64,000 nucleotides of DNA from Candidatus Bathyarchaeota archaeon (GTDB lineage: Archaea > Thermoproteota > Bathyarchaeia > Bathyarchaeales > Bathycorpusculaceae): positions 160,001 through 224,000 of the forward strand of contig CAWHVC010000004.1 of the NCBI GenBank assembly GCA_963832745.1. The letters run 5' to 3'. The notes below the pieces were generated by a model that worked only from the letters and a program-made list of their open reading frames with translations, was not told where the DNA came from and ran no database searches. A program made the position numbers and the translations under genes. This document shows positions 55,509 through 64,000 of the stretch, one piece after another; positions within the stretch are counted from its first letter, which is position 1, and every line of letters begins with the position of its first letter.

Positions 55509-56075
55509 ATGACTGAGACACCAGCAACTCAAGCTTCTAATGGGGAACAGCCGATAAAAGCTTCTGAACTGGACCCCAAGTTTAAGTATGAACTTGTAAA
55601 GATGCATGGAAGCGAAAATATCCTCAAATGCTTCCAATGTGGAACCTGCACCAGCGATTGCCCCGTTGCACGTTTCAGTGACAGTTACCGACCGCGTACT
55701 TTGATTCATATGGCAACTCTTGGCTTAAGAGACCGCGTGCTAAAAAGCGACACACTCTGGTTATGCGCAGCTTGCTTCACGTGTACCGACCGTTGCCCAC
55801 AGGACGTTGAAGTGGCAAGCGTAATTCGTGTATTCCGCAACTTAGCCGTTGAAAACGGTTGCATACCCCAAGTTTTCAAAGACCAATTTGGGTCAGTTCT
55901 CGAGTCAGGTTACGCTTACAAAATCCCTGAATTACGCATTAAAAAGCGTGACTCCCAGGGGCTTCCACCGTTGCCTAAAGGTGACGCAGACAAAGTCCAA
56001 AAAGTCCTAAAAGGCTTAAAAATAATTGACAAAATCCAAAAACCTCAAGGAGAAAACGCAAATGCAAAACAATAA
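55509..56075 (+). CDS. hdrC: Heterodisulfide reductase subunit C
   Basis: CFQCGTCTSDCP and WLCAACFTCTDRCPQ. Confidence 0.92.
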   Translation: MTETPATQASNGEQPIKASELDPKFKYELVKMHGSENILKCFQCGTCTSDCPVARFSDSYRPRTLIHMATLGLRDRVLKSDTLWLCAACFTCTDRCPQDVEVASVIRVFRNLAVENGCIPQVFKDQFGSVLESGYAYKIPELRIKKRDSQGLPPLPKGDADKVQKVLKGLKIIDKIQKPQGENANAKQ

Positions 56076-56958
56076 GTACCTGATTTTTTTGGGCTGCGCT
56101 ATTCCTTACCGTGTTTCCAGTTACGAAATTTCTTCACGCAAAGTGTTAGCTAAACTTGGGGTTGAACTGGTTGAAATGCCTGAATTCAACTGTTGCGGTT
56201 TACCACTTGACCCCGTCAGCCATGAAGCAATGCTTGTGTTAGCTGCAAAAAATTTGGCGCTTGCAGAAAAGGAAGGCTTAAACATCCTAACGTTATGCCC
56301 AGGCTGTGCAGGGACACTTAAGAAAGTTAACAAAATCCTAAAAGAAGACCCCTCGTTAAAGCAGAAAATTAACGAGCACCTTAAAGAAGCAGGTTTAGAA
56401 TTTAAAGGAACAGTCGAAACCAAACATCTGCTTCAGTTTCTAAAAGAAGACGTTGGCTTAGAAAAAATCAAAGCAGCCGTCACAAAACCGTTAACAGGCC
56501 TAAAAGTTGCCGAACATAACGGTTGCCATATTCTGCGGCCTAAACAGTACATTGGGTTTGATGATCCTGAAGACCCGCAAACTCTTAAAATGCTGGTTGA
56601 AGCAACTGGCGCCACCTGCCTTGACTATGTTGACGAGACTGAATGTTGTGGTGCACCCAGCGTTGGGGTTAGCGATAAGGTTGCGTTGTCGCTTGCAAGA
56701 GATAAACTTAGCCACGTAAAAGATGTTCAAGCTCAAGCCTTGATAACTATCTGTCCATTCTGCCACATAATGTATGACACTAACGAGTTACGCATAGAGA
56801 AGATGTTCAACGAAGCATACGGCATTCCTATTCTGCATTACCCACAACTACTCGGCTTAGCCATGGGCATGAATCCTGACGAGTTAGCATTCAAAGACCT
56901 CCGAGTCGACGCTTCAAACATTCTAAAACAGGTTGCTGCAATTCCCGACAAAGTGTAA
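56062..56958 (+). CDS. hdrB: Heterodisulfide reductase subunit B
   Basis: Two CCG domains (FNCCG, ECCG); CPGC, HNGCH, CPFCH, HYPQLLGLAMG. Confidence 0.93.
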   Translation: MQNNKYLIFLGCAIPYRVSSYEISSRKVLAKLGVELVEMPEFNCCGLPLDPVSHEAMLVLAAKNLALAEKEGLNILTLCPGCAGTLKKVNKILKEDPSLKQKINEHLKEAGLEFKGTVETKHLLQFLKEDVGLEKIKAAVTKPLTGLKVAEHNGCHILRPKQYIGFDDPEDPQTLKMLVEATGATCLDYVDETECCGAPSVGVSDKVALSLARDKLSHVKDVQAQALITICPFCHIMYDTNELRIEKMFNEAYGIPILHYPQLLGLAMGMNPDELAFKDLRVDASNILKQVAAIPDKV

Positions 56959-57054
56959 TCTTTTTTCTTTCATGTGACTTTTTTGGCGATTACTTTATTT
57001 TGCGATGATAAGTAATTAGACTTGACAGCTTACGTTATAATTTGGGGTTTAAAA

Positions 57055-58536
57055 TTGGCTCAAAAAAGCGTGTTAATTATCGGTGCAGGCATCGGCGGCT
57101 TATCCGCAGGTTGCTATGCCCAAATGAACGGTTTTCAAACACAAATTTTTGAAATGTATACTCTCCCCGGCGGCCAATGTACTGCTTGGAAACGTGGCAG
57201 CTACATTTTCGACGGCTGCATCCACCACCTTGCAGGCTGCAAACCCGGAAAACTCCTCTATGAGATGTGGGAAGAACTAGGCGCCCTGCCGCAAAGACCA
57301 TTAATTTACCCCGCAGACCTATGCCAAGTTGAAGATGAATCGGGCAAACGGTTTACCGTTTACGTTAACCTTGACCAGCTACAGCAGCACATGCTTGAAC
57401 TTGCACCCCAAGACAAGTCCGCCATTGAAGGCTACATTAACGCAGCTAAAAGCTTCATGGACTTGGACTTCTTGGAAACTGCGTTGCTTGAAGGTGCCGC
57501 TTTCACTCGGCGGTTCCTCAAAATGGGTACAGTTCTAACTAAGTACGGTGCAAACATGACCAAGTACGCCGAAAAGTTTACTGACCCTTTTCTACGCAAG
57601 GTTTTTCCAACCATTCAGTATGACTGGACAGACATCCCCCTGTTCATTCACCTTAACATGATTGGCAACTGCGCCAGCAACAACTACGCTGTTCCAGCAG
57701 GCGGCTCACTCGAGTTTGCCAAAGCAATAGAGCAAAGATTCCTCAAACTCGGCGGCATTATCAATTACGGCAAAAAAGTCGACAAGATCCTTGTTGAAAA
57801 CGATAAAGCCGTTGGCGTCCGCCTAAAAGACGGCACAGAGCACCGTGCAGACATTGTGGTTTCTGACGCGTTTGGCTACACAACCATCTTCAGCTTGCTT
57901 GACGGCAAATATGTAGATGACAAAATAAAGAAGCAGTACGCTAAGCATCAAGAAAACATGGTTATGGGTATTCACGTTTCATTTGGAGTGAATCGTGACC
58001 TTTCAAAAGAGCCCCGTGCGTTGGTGTTGTTTCTTGAAAACCCTGTAACTATCGCCGATCGGGAACACGCTAAGCTAGATTTGGAACTATTTGGTTACGA
58101 CCCAAGCCTTGCACCAAACGGGAAATCAGTCATTAAAGCCCTCATAAACACAAACTACAGTTACTGGAAACAACTTTACAGTGACCCTGCAAAGTACAGG
58201 GCTGAAAAACAAAAAGTCGCTGACACTGTCCTGAAACTCCTGGAAAAACGGTTCCTCGGCATCCAAGGGCAAGTAGAAGTAGTCGACGTTGCCACGCCAA
58301 TTACTACTGAACGTTTTGTCGGTGTCGGTCAAGGGTTCGAATCCAACTGGGGTTTCTCTGACGCGGTAAGCATGATGCGTGGTCAACCCAAAACCCTGCC
58401 TAAACTGCAAAACTTCTACATGGTTGGTTTCTCTGTTGGAGGCGGAGGCATTCCCGGTTGTGCCGCTATGGGACGCAACCTAGTCAAAAAACTCTGCAAG
58501 CAAGAACACGTTAGCTTTAATGCTTCAAAACCTTAA
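57055..58536 (+). CDS. FAD-dependent oxidoreductase, phytoene desaturase-like family
   Basis: IIGAGIGGL, PGGQCTAWKRGSYIFDG, ATPITTER, GGGIPG motifs. Confidence 0.88.
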   Translation: MAQKSVLIIGAGIGGLSAGCYAQMNGFQTQIFEMYTLPGGQCTAWKRGSYIFDGCIHHLAGCKPGKLLYEMWEELGALPQRPLIYPADLCQVEDESGKRFTVYVNLDQLQQHMLELAPQDKSAIEGYINAAKSFMDLDFLETALLEGAAFTRRFLKMGTVLTKYGANMTKYAEKFTDPFLRKVFPTIQYDWTDIPLFIHLNMIGNCASNNYAVPAGGSLEFAKAIEQRFLKLGGIINYGKKVDKILVENDKAVGVRLKDGTEHRADIVVSDAFGYTTIFSLLDGKYVDDKIKKQYAKHQENMVMGIHVSFGVNRDLSKEPRALVLFLENPVTIADREHAKLDLELFGYDPSLAPNGKSVIKALINTNYSYWKQLYSDPAKYRAEKQKVADTVLKLLEKRFLGIQGQVEVVDVATPITTERFVGVGQGFESNWGFSDAVSMMRGQPKTLPKLQNFYMVGFSVGGGGIPGCAAMGRNLVKKLCKQEHVSFNASKP

Positions 58537-58635
58537 CGCGTTTTTCTTTTTGCTTGTTCTTGGTAAAAATTGTCAAAAAATTCTTGTTAAAAACCGTTTT
58601 AGCCTGCATCACTCAATAGCGTTGTTGGTGAAAAT

Positions 58636-59199
58636 ATGTCTACTCAAAATGAACAAATTGAAACTGTTACTTTTCAAGCTTTAGCCCATCCTATTCGGCG
58701 GACAATAATTAGACTTGTTCAGTCTCACAGTCAAGGCGTCACCTACACGGAATTACTTACTGACCTGGGGTTGCCTACTGGAAAACTGAACTATCATTTA
58801 GAACAACTTAAAGGGGTAATTGAAAAGGACAGCAGTAGCGCATATGTTTTAACTTCGTTTGGCAAAAAAGCCGTTGAACATCTCAACCTAATAGAGCAGC
58901 GAACTAACAGTGAAGACCAAAAATACGTTCAAATTGCCAGTTTATCCCACAAAGGCAGCCTTCAACCAATAATCAAAAGCTTCCTGATACTAACAATCAT
59001 AATGATGACGGTTTTCACGGGTTTATGGGTTTACATTGGCTGCATCGCATACATAGAGGGTGCTCCATCAGTGGTTTTTGTGCTGCTGCCAATAGGGATT
59101 ACTGTTGGACTTGGTGTGCTTTCAGTTTCAGTCTATGCTTTACTAAAAACGCCAATGTGGCTTAGACGTTTCGAGCAAAGGTTCTTTGGTGAAAGCTAA
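58636..59199 (+). CDS. ArsR-like winged-helix protein with two C-terminal TM helices
   Basis: FQALAHPIRRTII, TGKLNYHLEQL, then two hydrophobic helices. Confidence 0.85.
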   Translation: MSTQNEQIETVTFQALAHPIRRTIIRLVQSHSQGVTYTELLTDLGLPTGKLNYHLEQLKGVIEKDSSSAYVLTSFGKKAVEHLNLIEQRTNSEDQKYVQIASLSHKGSLQPIIKSFLILTIIMMTVFTGLWVYIGCIAYIEGAPSVVFVLLPIGITVGLGVLSVSVYALLKTPMWLRRFEQRFFGES

Positions 59200-59210
59200 C
59201 TCGCCAAAAT

Positions 59211-59945
59211 CTACCATCTTCCGCCTGCTCCACCACCGCCTGAACGTCCGCCACCAATTCTTCCCCTACCTGCAACAGGCACAAAAATGCCAAGCACAAC
59301 TATGACCACAATTAGCCAAAGGGGCATTCCGAAAAAGTACCAATCCCAGAATGGTGACGGCGTTTGGACGGGTTCGTTGGTGCTTTCGTAATAGTAGATG
59401 CCTCTTGCTGGAAGGTTGTTTGGTGTGGTTTGGGGTGGGATTTGTTCTCCTAAGGCTATGACTGTGTAGTACAAGCCTTTGCCATAATTGTTTTGCTGGA
59501 ACTCTGGGACCAAATATTCTTGGGCAATCAGGTTGGCTTCAACGTCGGTTATGTCTCCTTCAAGCCCGTACCCAACTTCTATACGCCATTCCCGTTCCTC
59601 CAACGCTACCAGAACCAGTACGCCGTTGTCTTTGCCGCTTTTACCAATGCCTGTTTGTTCTCCATCCCAAACTTCCAATGGTTCATCGTTTAAAATTTGG
59701 ACACCAAGCTGAACAATGTCATGGATTTCGTTGCCAGATTTGTCAGTTACTCCGTGACCAGAAAGTGAAGGCAGTACCACAACTACTATTTCAGCGGTTG
59801 TGTTCAGGTCAATTGAGTACGCGTAGTCTTCAATGCTTGCAACCCAATCGTTTTCAATATATTGAGCTTGACAGGGAATAGTAAACAGGACAGGGCTTAC
59901 GATAAGGAACAAAAGCAAAAAAGGAATGAAACGGTTTTTTTGCAA
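59211..59945 (-). CDS. TPM-domain (YgcG-like) protein
   Basis: GIGKSGKDNGVLVLVA, RIEVGYGLEG; Gly-rich tail GGRSGGGGAGGRW. Confidence 0.92.
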   Translation of the reverse strand: MQKNRFIPFLLLFLIVSPVLFTIPCQAQYIENDWVASIEDYAYSIDLNTTAEIVVVVLPSLSGHGVTDKSGNEIHDIVQLGVQILNDEPLEVWDGEQTGIGKSGKDNGVLVLVALEEREWRIEVGYGLEGDITDVEANLIAQEYLVPEFQQNNYGKGLYYTVIALGEQIPPQTTPNNLPARGIYYYESTNEPVQTPSPFWDWYFFGMPLWLIVVIVVLGIFVPVAGRGRIGGGRSGGGGAGGRW

Positions 59946-59969
59946 ACCTTAGCCTTTACCTCAAACCGT

Positions 59970-60560
59970 TTAAAGGTTAACTTGGGGCGCAGTGTAAGCG
60001 GCTACTTGTGCTTCAAAGAATGCTCTGCTTTCATAGCCCCATCCTGCCGCCCAAAGGTTTGCAGGGAATACTTTGATGGCGGTGTTGTAGTCGCCGACTG
60101 CTTCGTTGTAACGCATGCGTTCTGTTGATATGCGGTTTTCTGTGCCTTCCAATTCAATGATTAATGATTGGACTACGTCTGAGGCTTTTAGGTCTGGATA
60201 GGCTTCGACGCTTATGATTAACTGGGAAACGCCTGACTCCAAATTGTCTGTTGCGTTGCTGATTTCGTCGACGTTGCCGCCTGCTACTGCAGCATCCCAT
60301 TGAGCACGTAAGCGCGTAACGTTTTCCAGCACGGAGCCTTCATAGGTCATGTAGGCTTTAGCTGCTGTTACAACGTTGGGTATCAAGTCGTAACGTCTTT
60401 GTAGTTCCTGATCAATCTGCGCCCACTTCTCGTCAACAGTAACGTTGAGGTTGACAAGGTTGTTGTAGGTTGTAAAGTATAATGCAGCAAAACTTGCCAC
60501 GATAATTATTGCGATAACCGCTATGGTTGCTACTACTATTTTGGTTTTCATGCCAAGCAT
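59970..60560 (-). CDS. lemA: LemA family protein
   Basis: YNNLV, LQRRYDLIPN, EAYPDLKA, EGTENRI, RYNEAV motifs. Confidence 0.94.
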   Translation of the reverse strand: MLGMKTKIVVATIAVIAIIIVASFAALYFTTYNNLVNLNVTVDEKWAQIDQELQRRYDLIPNVVTAAKAYMTYEGSVLENVTRLRAQWDAAVAGGNVDEISNATDNLESGVSQLIISVEAYPDLKASDVVQSLIIELEGTENRISTERMRYNEAVGDYNTAIKVFPANLWAAGWGYESRAFFEAQVAAYTAPQVNL

Positions 60561-60646
60561 CTCTCCCTGCCGAAAATATCGGTGAATACATATATTTACT
60601 GATTGGTAAAAAAGCGAAATATTACCAGAACAGAAAGCGCAAAGTA

Positions 60647-61315
60647 TCAACTACGCAACTTTTTTACCAGTTTCTGCAGCCTCTGAGCCGTCAACTTGAC
60701 ATTAAGGCTTGCTGGAACAGGATGTCCATGCGCTTCACAATGCCCATCCACAATAGCTTTAGCGATAGCCTCCACAGTCGGCTCCTCCACGTCGATTGTT
60801 GTGTAGCCGAAACCGATTTGGGGACCATAATGCGCATCCGTGCCTGCAACTCTGGATAGATTGAATTTTTCTGCGGCTTCCGTGGCTTTTTTTACGCTTC
60901 TGCCAAACGGGAACGCTCTGGCATTGATGATTTCGATGGCGTCAAATTCTGCGCAGACCGCGTTGTTAAGGCATCCTTTTAGGAACACGTAGGGGTGACA
61001 TGCAATTGCAACTCCTCCTGCCTCATGAATGCGCTGCACGGTTTCAACGGCTGTTAACCCTTTGGGAATAAGCTGGTTAACGTTTAAAGCTACGATGTGG
61101 CCTTCGCTGCTGGAAACCTCCATGCCAGGAATCACCAAGAAGTCTTTGGTTTCTTTGGCGATTTTTACTGCACCATCAAAATAGTTGTGGTCAGTGACTG
61201 CAACCGCGTTGAGCCCATTCTTTTTAGCGTAAAAGATGAGGTCTTTTGGGGTGATCAGTGAATCGTTGGAGTAGGTGGTGTGTACGTGGAGATCAGCGCG
61301 GATTTGAACAGTCAT
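60647..61315 (-). CDS. PHP-domain metal-dependent phosphoesterase
   Basis: DLHVHTTYS, VTDHN, PGMEV, CHPY, GTDAH motifs. Confidence 0.92.
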   Translation of the reverse strand: MTVQIRADLHVHTTYSNDSLITPKDLIFYAKKNGLNAVAVTDHNYFDGAVKIAKETKDFLVIPGMEVSSSEGHIVALNVNQLIPKGLTAVETVQRIHEAGGVAIACHPYVFLKGCLNNAVCAEFDAIEIINARAFPFGRSVKKATEAAEKFNLSRVAGTDAHYGPQIGFGYTTIDVEEPTVEAIAKAIVDGHCEAHGHPVPASLNVKLTAQRLQKLVKKLRS

Positions 61316-61364
61316 AATTAACCCTGTTTTCAAATGTTCACCGTTTAATATCTGTATTGCCACG

Positions 61365-62636
61365 TTAAACCATCAAAGGTTTAGGCGAAAAAACTGCTTT
61401 CCGCTTTATGATTAGTGTGACTGCGGCTAACGCAACCGTGGTTGCCAAGACTGCGATAATCCAGATTGTTGATGGTGAACTGGTTGGTTGAGCGGTTTCT
61501 GAATGGGTGGATTCGGGGTTGCTAATGGGTGTGAGAGTTGGTGCTGGTTCTGGGGTTGGAGTTGATGGCACTAACGAGTTTGGTCTAACGCTGTAAAGGG
61601 TGATATACGCTATTTCTTTGGTGTCTCCCCACATTTGTACTTGAACGCCTTGATGGTTGCTAATAGGTTTGAAATAAAATGTTGCTGACCAGTAAGGGTA
61701 CAGTTTCAGCGGGTCTCGCGTAGCATTACCTTCGTTAACGCCGCTATCGCTAAGCGCGTTGTTAAGTTCATTGCTGAATTGTCGTCCAAGAATCATGTTT
61801 AAGCCGATGTCTACTGTTGTCCAGTTAGGCGTAATATTTATGGGACCACTGGTTGTGCCAACTTGTACTGTGGCGGCATAGTTTTTGGCTGCCGCGAACA
61901 TCAAAGCTTGAGCTTCCTCTTGGTTGACAACGCTTAGGCACCCGATGCTGTAGAGGTTCCATAAATCAGTAAAAATGAACGTATTAGTGTTAAAAGTGAT
62001 ACTCATGCCCTTGTTTGGCATGTCAACGCCATCAAGAGTGTAGCACCAACCAATACTTGATTGCCCTATGCTCATCTTCATGTTGCCTTCTGTTATGTTG
62101 GTTGGAGTGAAGTCGCTTATGCCATTAAAGTTGGTTGGAGACCCATATGGTGGAGCGTTTGGGGTACTGCGAATCAGGCTTAGGGCTTGGGTAACCTGTG
62201 AAGCGTTTATACCATACTGCTCGGTAAAGTTTTGGTATCTTTCAAGAATATTTTTTGTTTCAACCAAAGCGTCATTTGACGGTTGCTTTGACCAAAAAAT
62301 CGAGCCATTCATGGCGTTAACGTGTATCCACCAAATAAAGCCGTTATAGAAAATGCCTGAAACCGATAAACTGCCACTGTTGGATTCAAGATTAAAGGTT
62401 GTACCTTCGTTTTTCACTTGACCACCAAACTCTGAAGGATAAGTGAGAGCATAACCCTCATTTGTTATGTTGTACTGTGAGACGTCAATACCCATAACGT
62501 CGCCGACAAAAGCTAAAACCTCTTTTTCTACCGCTTTTACTCCTTCGGGCTGGTCTGCTTGGGAAGACTGAACAAGCACAGCTGAAAAAACAAGGACTAC
62601 AACCACAAAGGCGCATGTTAACTTAGCTTTCCGCAA
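61365..62636 (-). CDS. Secreted surface protein with Pro/Thr linker and C-terminal TM anchor
   Basis: Signal peptide; PTPEPAPT linker; hydrophobic helix followed by KRK. Confidence 0.78.
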   Translation of the reverse strand: MRKAKLTCAFVVVVLVFSAVLVQSSQADQPEGVKAVEKEVLAFVGDVMGIDVSQYNITNEGYALTYPSEFGGQVKNEGTTFNLESNSGSLSVSGIFYNGFIWWIHVNAMNGSIFWSKQPSNDALVETKNILERYQNFTEQYGINASQVTQALSLIRSTPNAPPYGSPTNFNGISDFTPTNITEGNMKMSIGQSSIGWCYTLDGVDMPNKGMSITFNTNTFIFTDLWNLYSIGCLSVVNQEEAQALMFAAAKNYAATVQVGTTSGPINITPNWTTVDIGLNMILGRQFSNELNNALSDSGVNEGNATRDPLKLYPYWSATFYFKPISNHQGVQVQMWGDTKEIAYITLYSVRPNSLVPSTPTPEPAPTLTPISNPESTHSETAQPTSSPSTIWIIAVLATTVALAAVTLIIKRKAVFSPKPLMV

Positions 62637-62704
62637 TCTTTACTCTCCCAGTATCTCAAGAATCAAAAGGAAAAAGTAAAGATAAAAAAGTTGCCTAGAA
62701 AAGC

Positions 62705-64000
62705 CTATTTCGGAAGGGTGCCGAGTTTTGAGCGGGTTTGTGCAAGTTGCTCGTCAAGTTTTGCTTCGTCTGTTTCGATTTTGTGGAATAGCGGTGTGGG
62801 TTTAGCGATTTTGTGTCCTCCTTCAATTGGCACGGTAGCGTCACTCCATTTTGAAACGTTTCCTGGCAGTTGCAGTGTGTGCCATAGCTGTTCAGCGGTT
62901 TGTGGCATGAACGGTGCTGAAACGACGGTGCATGCTTTGACCACTTGTGCTGCAACATAGAATATTGTGCCTGCTTTCTCCTTGTCGGTCTTCATGAGGT
63001 TCCATGGTTCTTTGGTGTTAAGGTACTGGTTACCAATTCGGCTAATGCTGATGAGCGTAGTGGCGGCTGATTGTAGCCATCCGTCTTCAAATTCTTTAGC
63101 GGCTTGCTCAACCTTCGCTTTTACAGCGTCGAGAACTGCTTGGTCATCCGCCTCAAGCTTGGTTGGCGCTGGAATGGTACCTTCAAACTTGCTTGTGATA
63201 AACGAGAGTGTGCGGTGAATGAAGTTGCCAAAGGTGTCGTTTAGGTCATTGTTGATTTTGTCTGCAAAGGCGCTCCATGTGAAGTTAGTGTCTTTGCTTT
63301 CGGGGCGGGTTGCCATGAGGAAGAAGCGCCAGTAGTCCACTGGGAACATTTCTAAGGCTTCGTCTATCCAGATGCCGACACGTTGACTTTTAGAGGCTTT
63401 CTGGCCGCGGAACTGCAGGAATTCTGTCGCGGAAACGTTCCATGGCAGGTTGTAGCCTTGACCAGACGCCAACAGTAGCGCGGGCAGGATGATGGTGTGG
63501 AACGGAATGTTGTCTTTGCCTACAAAATAGAGTGTTTTAGCTTGGTTGTTTAGCCAGAACTCCCGCCATTTCTCAGGCTGTCCTAACTGTTGAGACCGCT
63601 CAATCGTTGCCGAAACGTAGCCCAGCACGGCGTCTACCCAAACGTAGATGGTTTTTCCTTCTGCGCCCTCAAACGGTGCAGGGATGCCCCAGTCAATGTC
63701 TCGGGTGACAGCTCGGGGTTTTAAGCCTTCTTTTATCCAGTTTAGGCTGAAACTTTTCACGTTAGCGGGCAGTTGCTGGTTAGTTTTAAGATACTCGGTT
63801 AAGGGTTCGGCGAGTTTGGAGAGGTCAATGTACCAGTGCTTGGTCGTTTTGACTATTGGCTTGTTTTTGCAAATTGTACAGTACGGTTCCACGAGCAGTG
63901 TGGGTTCAAGCAGTTTGCCGCATGCGTCACATTGGTCACCTCGGGCTTTCTCGCAGCCGCAGTAGGGACATTTGCCTTCCACGAAACGGTCAGGCAAGAA
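62705..64000 (-). CDS. metG: Methionine--tRNA ligase, 5'-truncated by the window edge
   Basis: DRFVEGKCPYC...RGDQCDACG zinc knuckles; YVWVDA, GKDNIPFH, KASKS, GNFIHR. Confidence 0.97.
   Translation of the reverse strand, partial: FLPDRFVEGKCPYCGCEKARGDQCDACGKLLEPTLLVEPYCTICKNKPIVKTTKHWYIDLSKLAEPLTEYLKTNQQLPANVKSFSLNWIKEGLKPRAVTRDIDWGIPAPFEGAEGKTIYVWVDAVLGYVSATIERSQQLGQPEKWREFWLNNQAKTLYFVGKDNIPFHTIILPALLLASGQGYNLPWNVSATEFLQFRGQKASKSQRVGIWIDEALEMFPVDYWRFFLMATRPESKDTNFTWSAFADKINNDLNDTFGNFIHRTLSFITSKFEGTIPAPTKLEADDQAVLDAVKAKVEQAAKEFEDGWLQSAATTLISISRIGNQYLNTKEPWNLMKTDKEKAGTIFYVAAQVVKACTVVSAPFMPQTAEQLWHTLQLPGNVSKWSDATVPIEGGHKIAKPTPLFHKIETDEAKLDEQLAQTRSKLGTLPK

Noticed and set aside
440-63965. The many 60-140 aa ORFs nested in or antisense to recognised genes
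   Set aside because: They overlap well-supported CDSs and show no recognisable motifs

Overview
Archaeal chromosomal window, most likely Ca. Bathyarchaeia. The archaeal assignment rests on the eS19/eL39/eL31/aIF6/eL20 genes. Bathyarchaeia specifically is an inference from frequent TTG starts and the families of surface proteins. Backbone, in order: end of a dTDP-rhamnose (rfbA-C-B-D) cluster; the conserved rnp4-yhbY-rps19e-PDCD5-rpl39e-rpl31e-eif6-rpl18a-pfdA-ftsY string, broken by three insertions; a hoxEFUYH group 3d NiFe hydrogenase; an acyl-CoA ligase/GNAT gene divergent from paaK-iorAB-paaI; tRNA-Cys; an accessory block of bacterial-type genes; DUF47-PiT, hdrCB, lemA-TPM and partial metG. 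Most notable: (1) a cbb3-type O2 reductase cluster (ccoN, tri-heme ccoO fusion, an unannotated ccoS-like ORF, a CcoP N-terminal-like gene) with its own atypical CcmF, in a genome that otherwise looks anaerobic. (2) An aRF1 paralog that keeps GGQ but has lost all three stop-codon recognition motifs. (3) An RsbU/RsbW/RsbV partner-switching operon in a domain of life with no sigma factors. (4) Four tandem, mosaic surface-protein paralogs with a variable insert, next to a non-coding array of six GTC motifs spaced exactly 10 bp apart. (5) hoxF apparently starting at ACG. (6) IorA carrying an inserted 4x[4Fe-4S] domain. I found no CRISPR array, rRNA, transposase or integrase. All homology calls come from motif recognition, not database searches.
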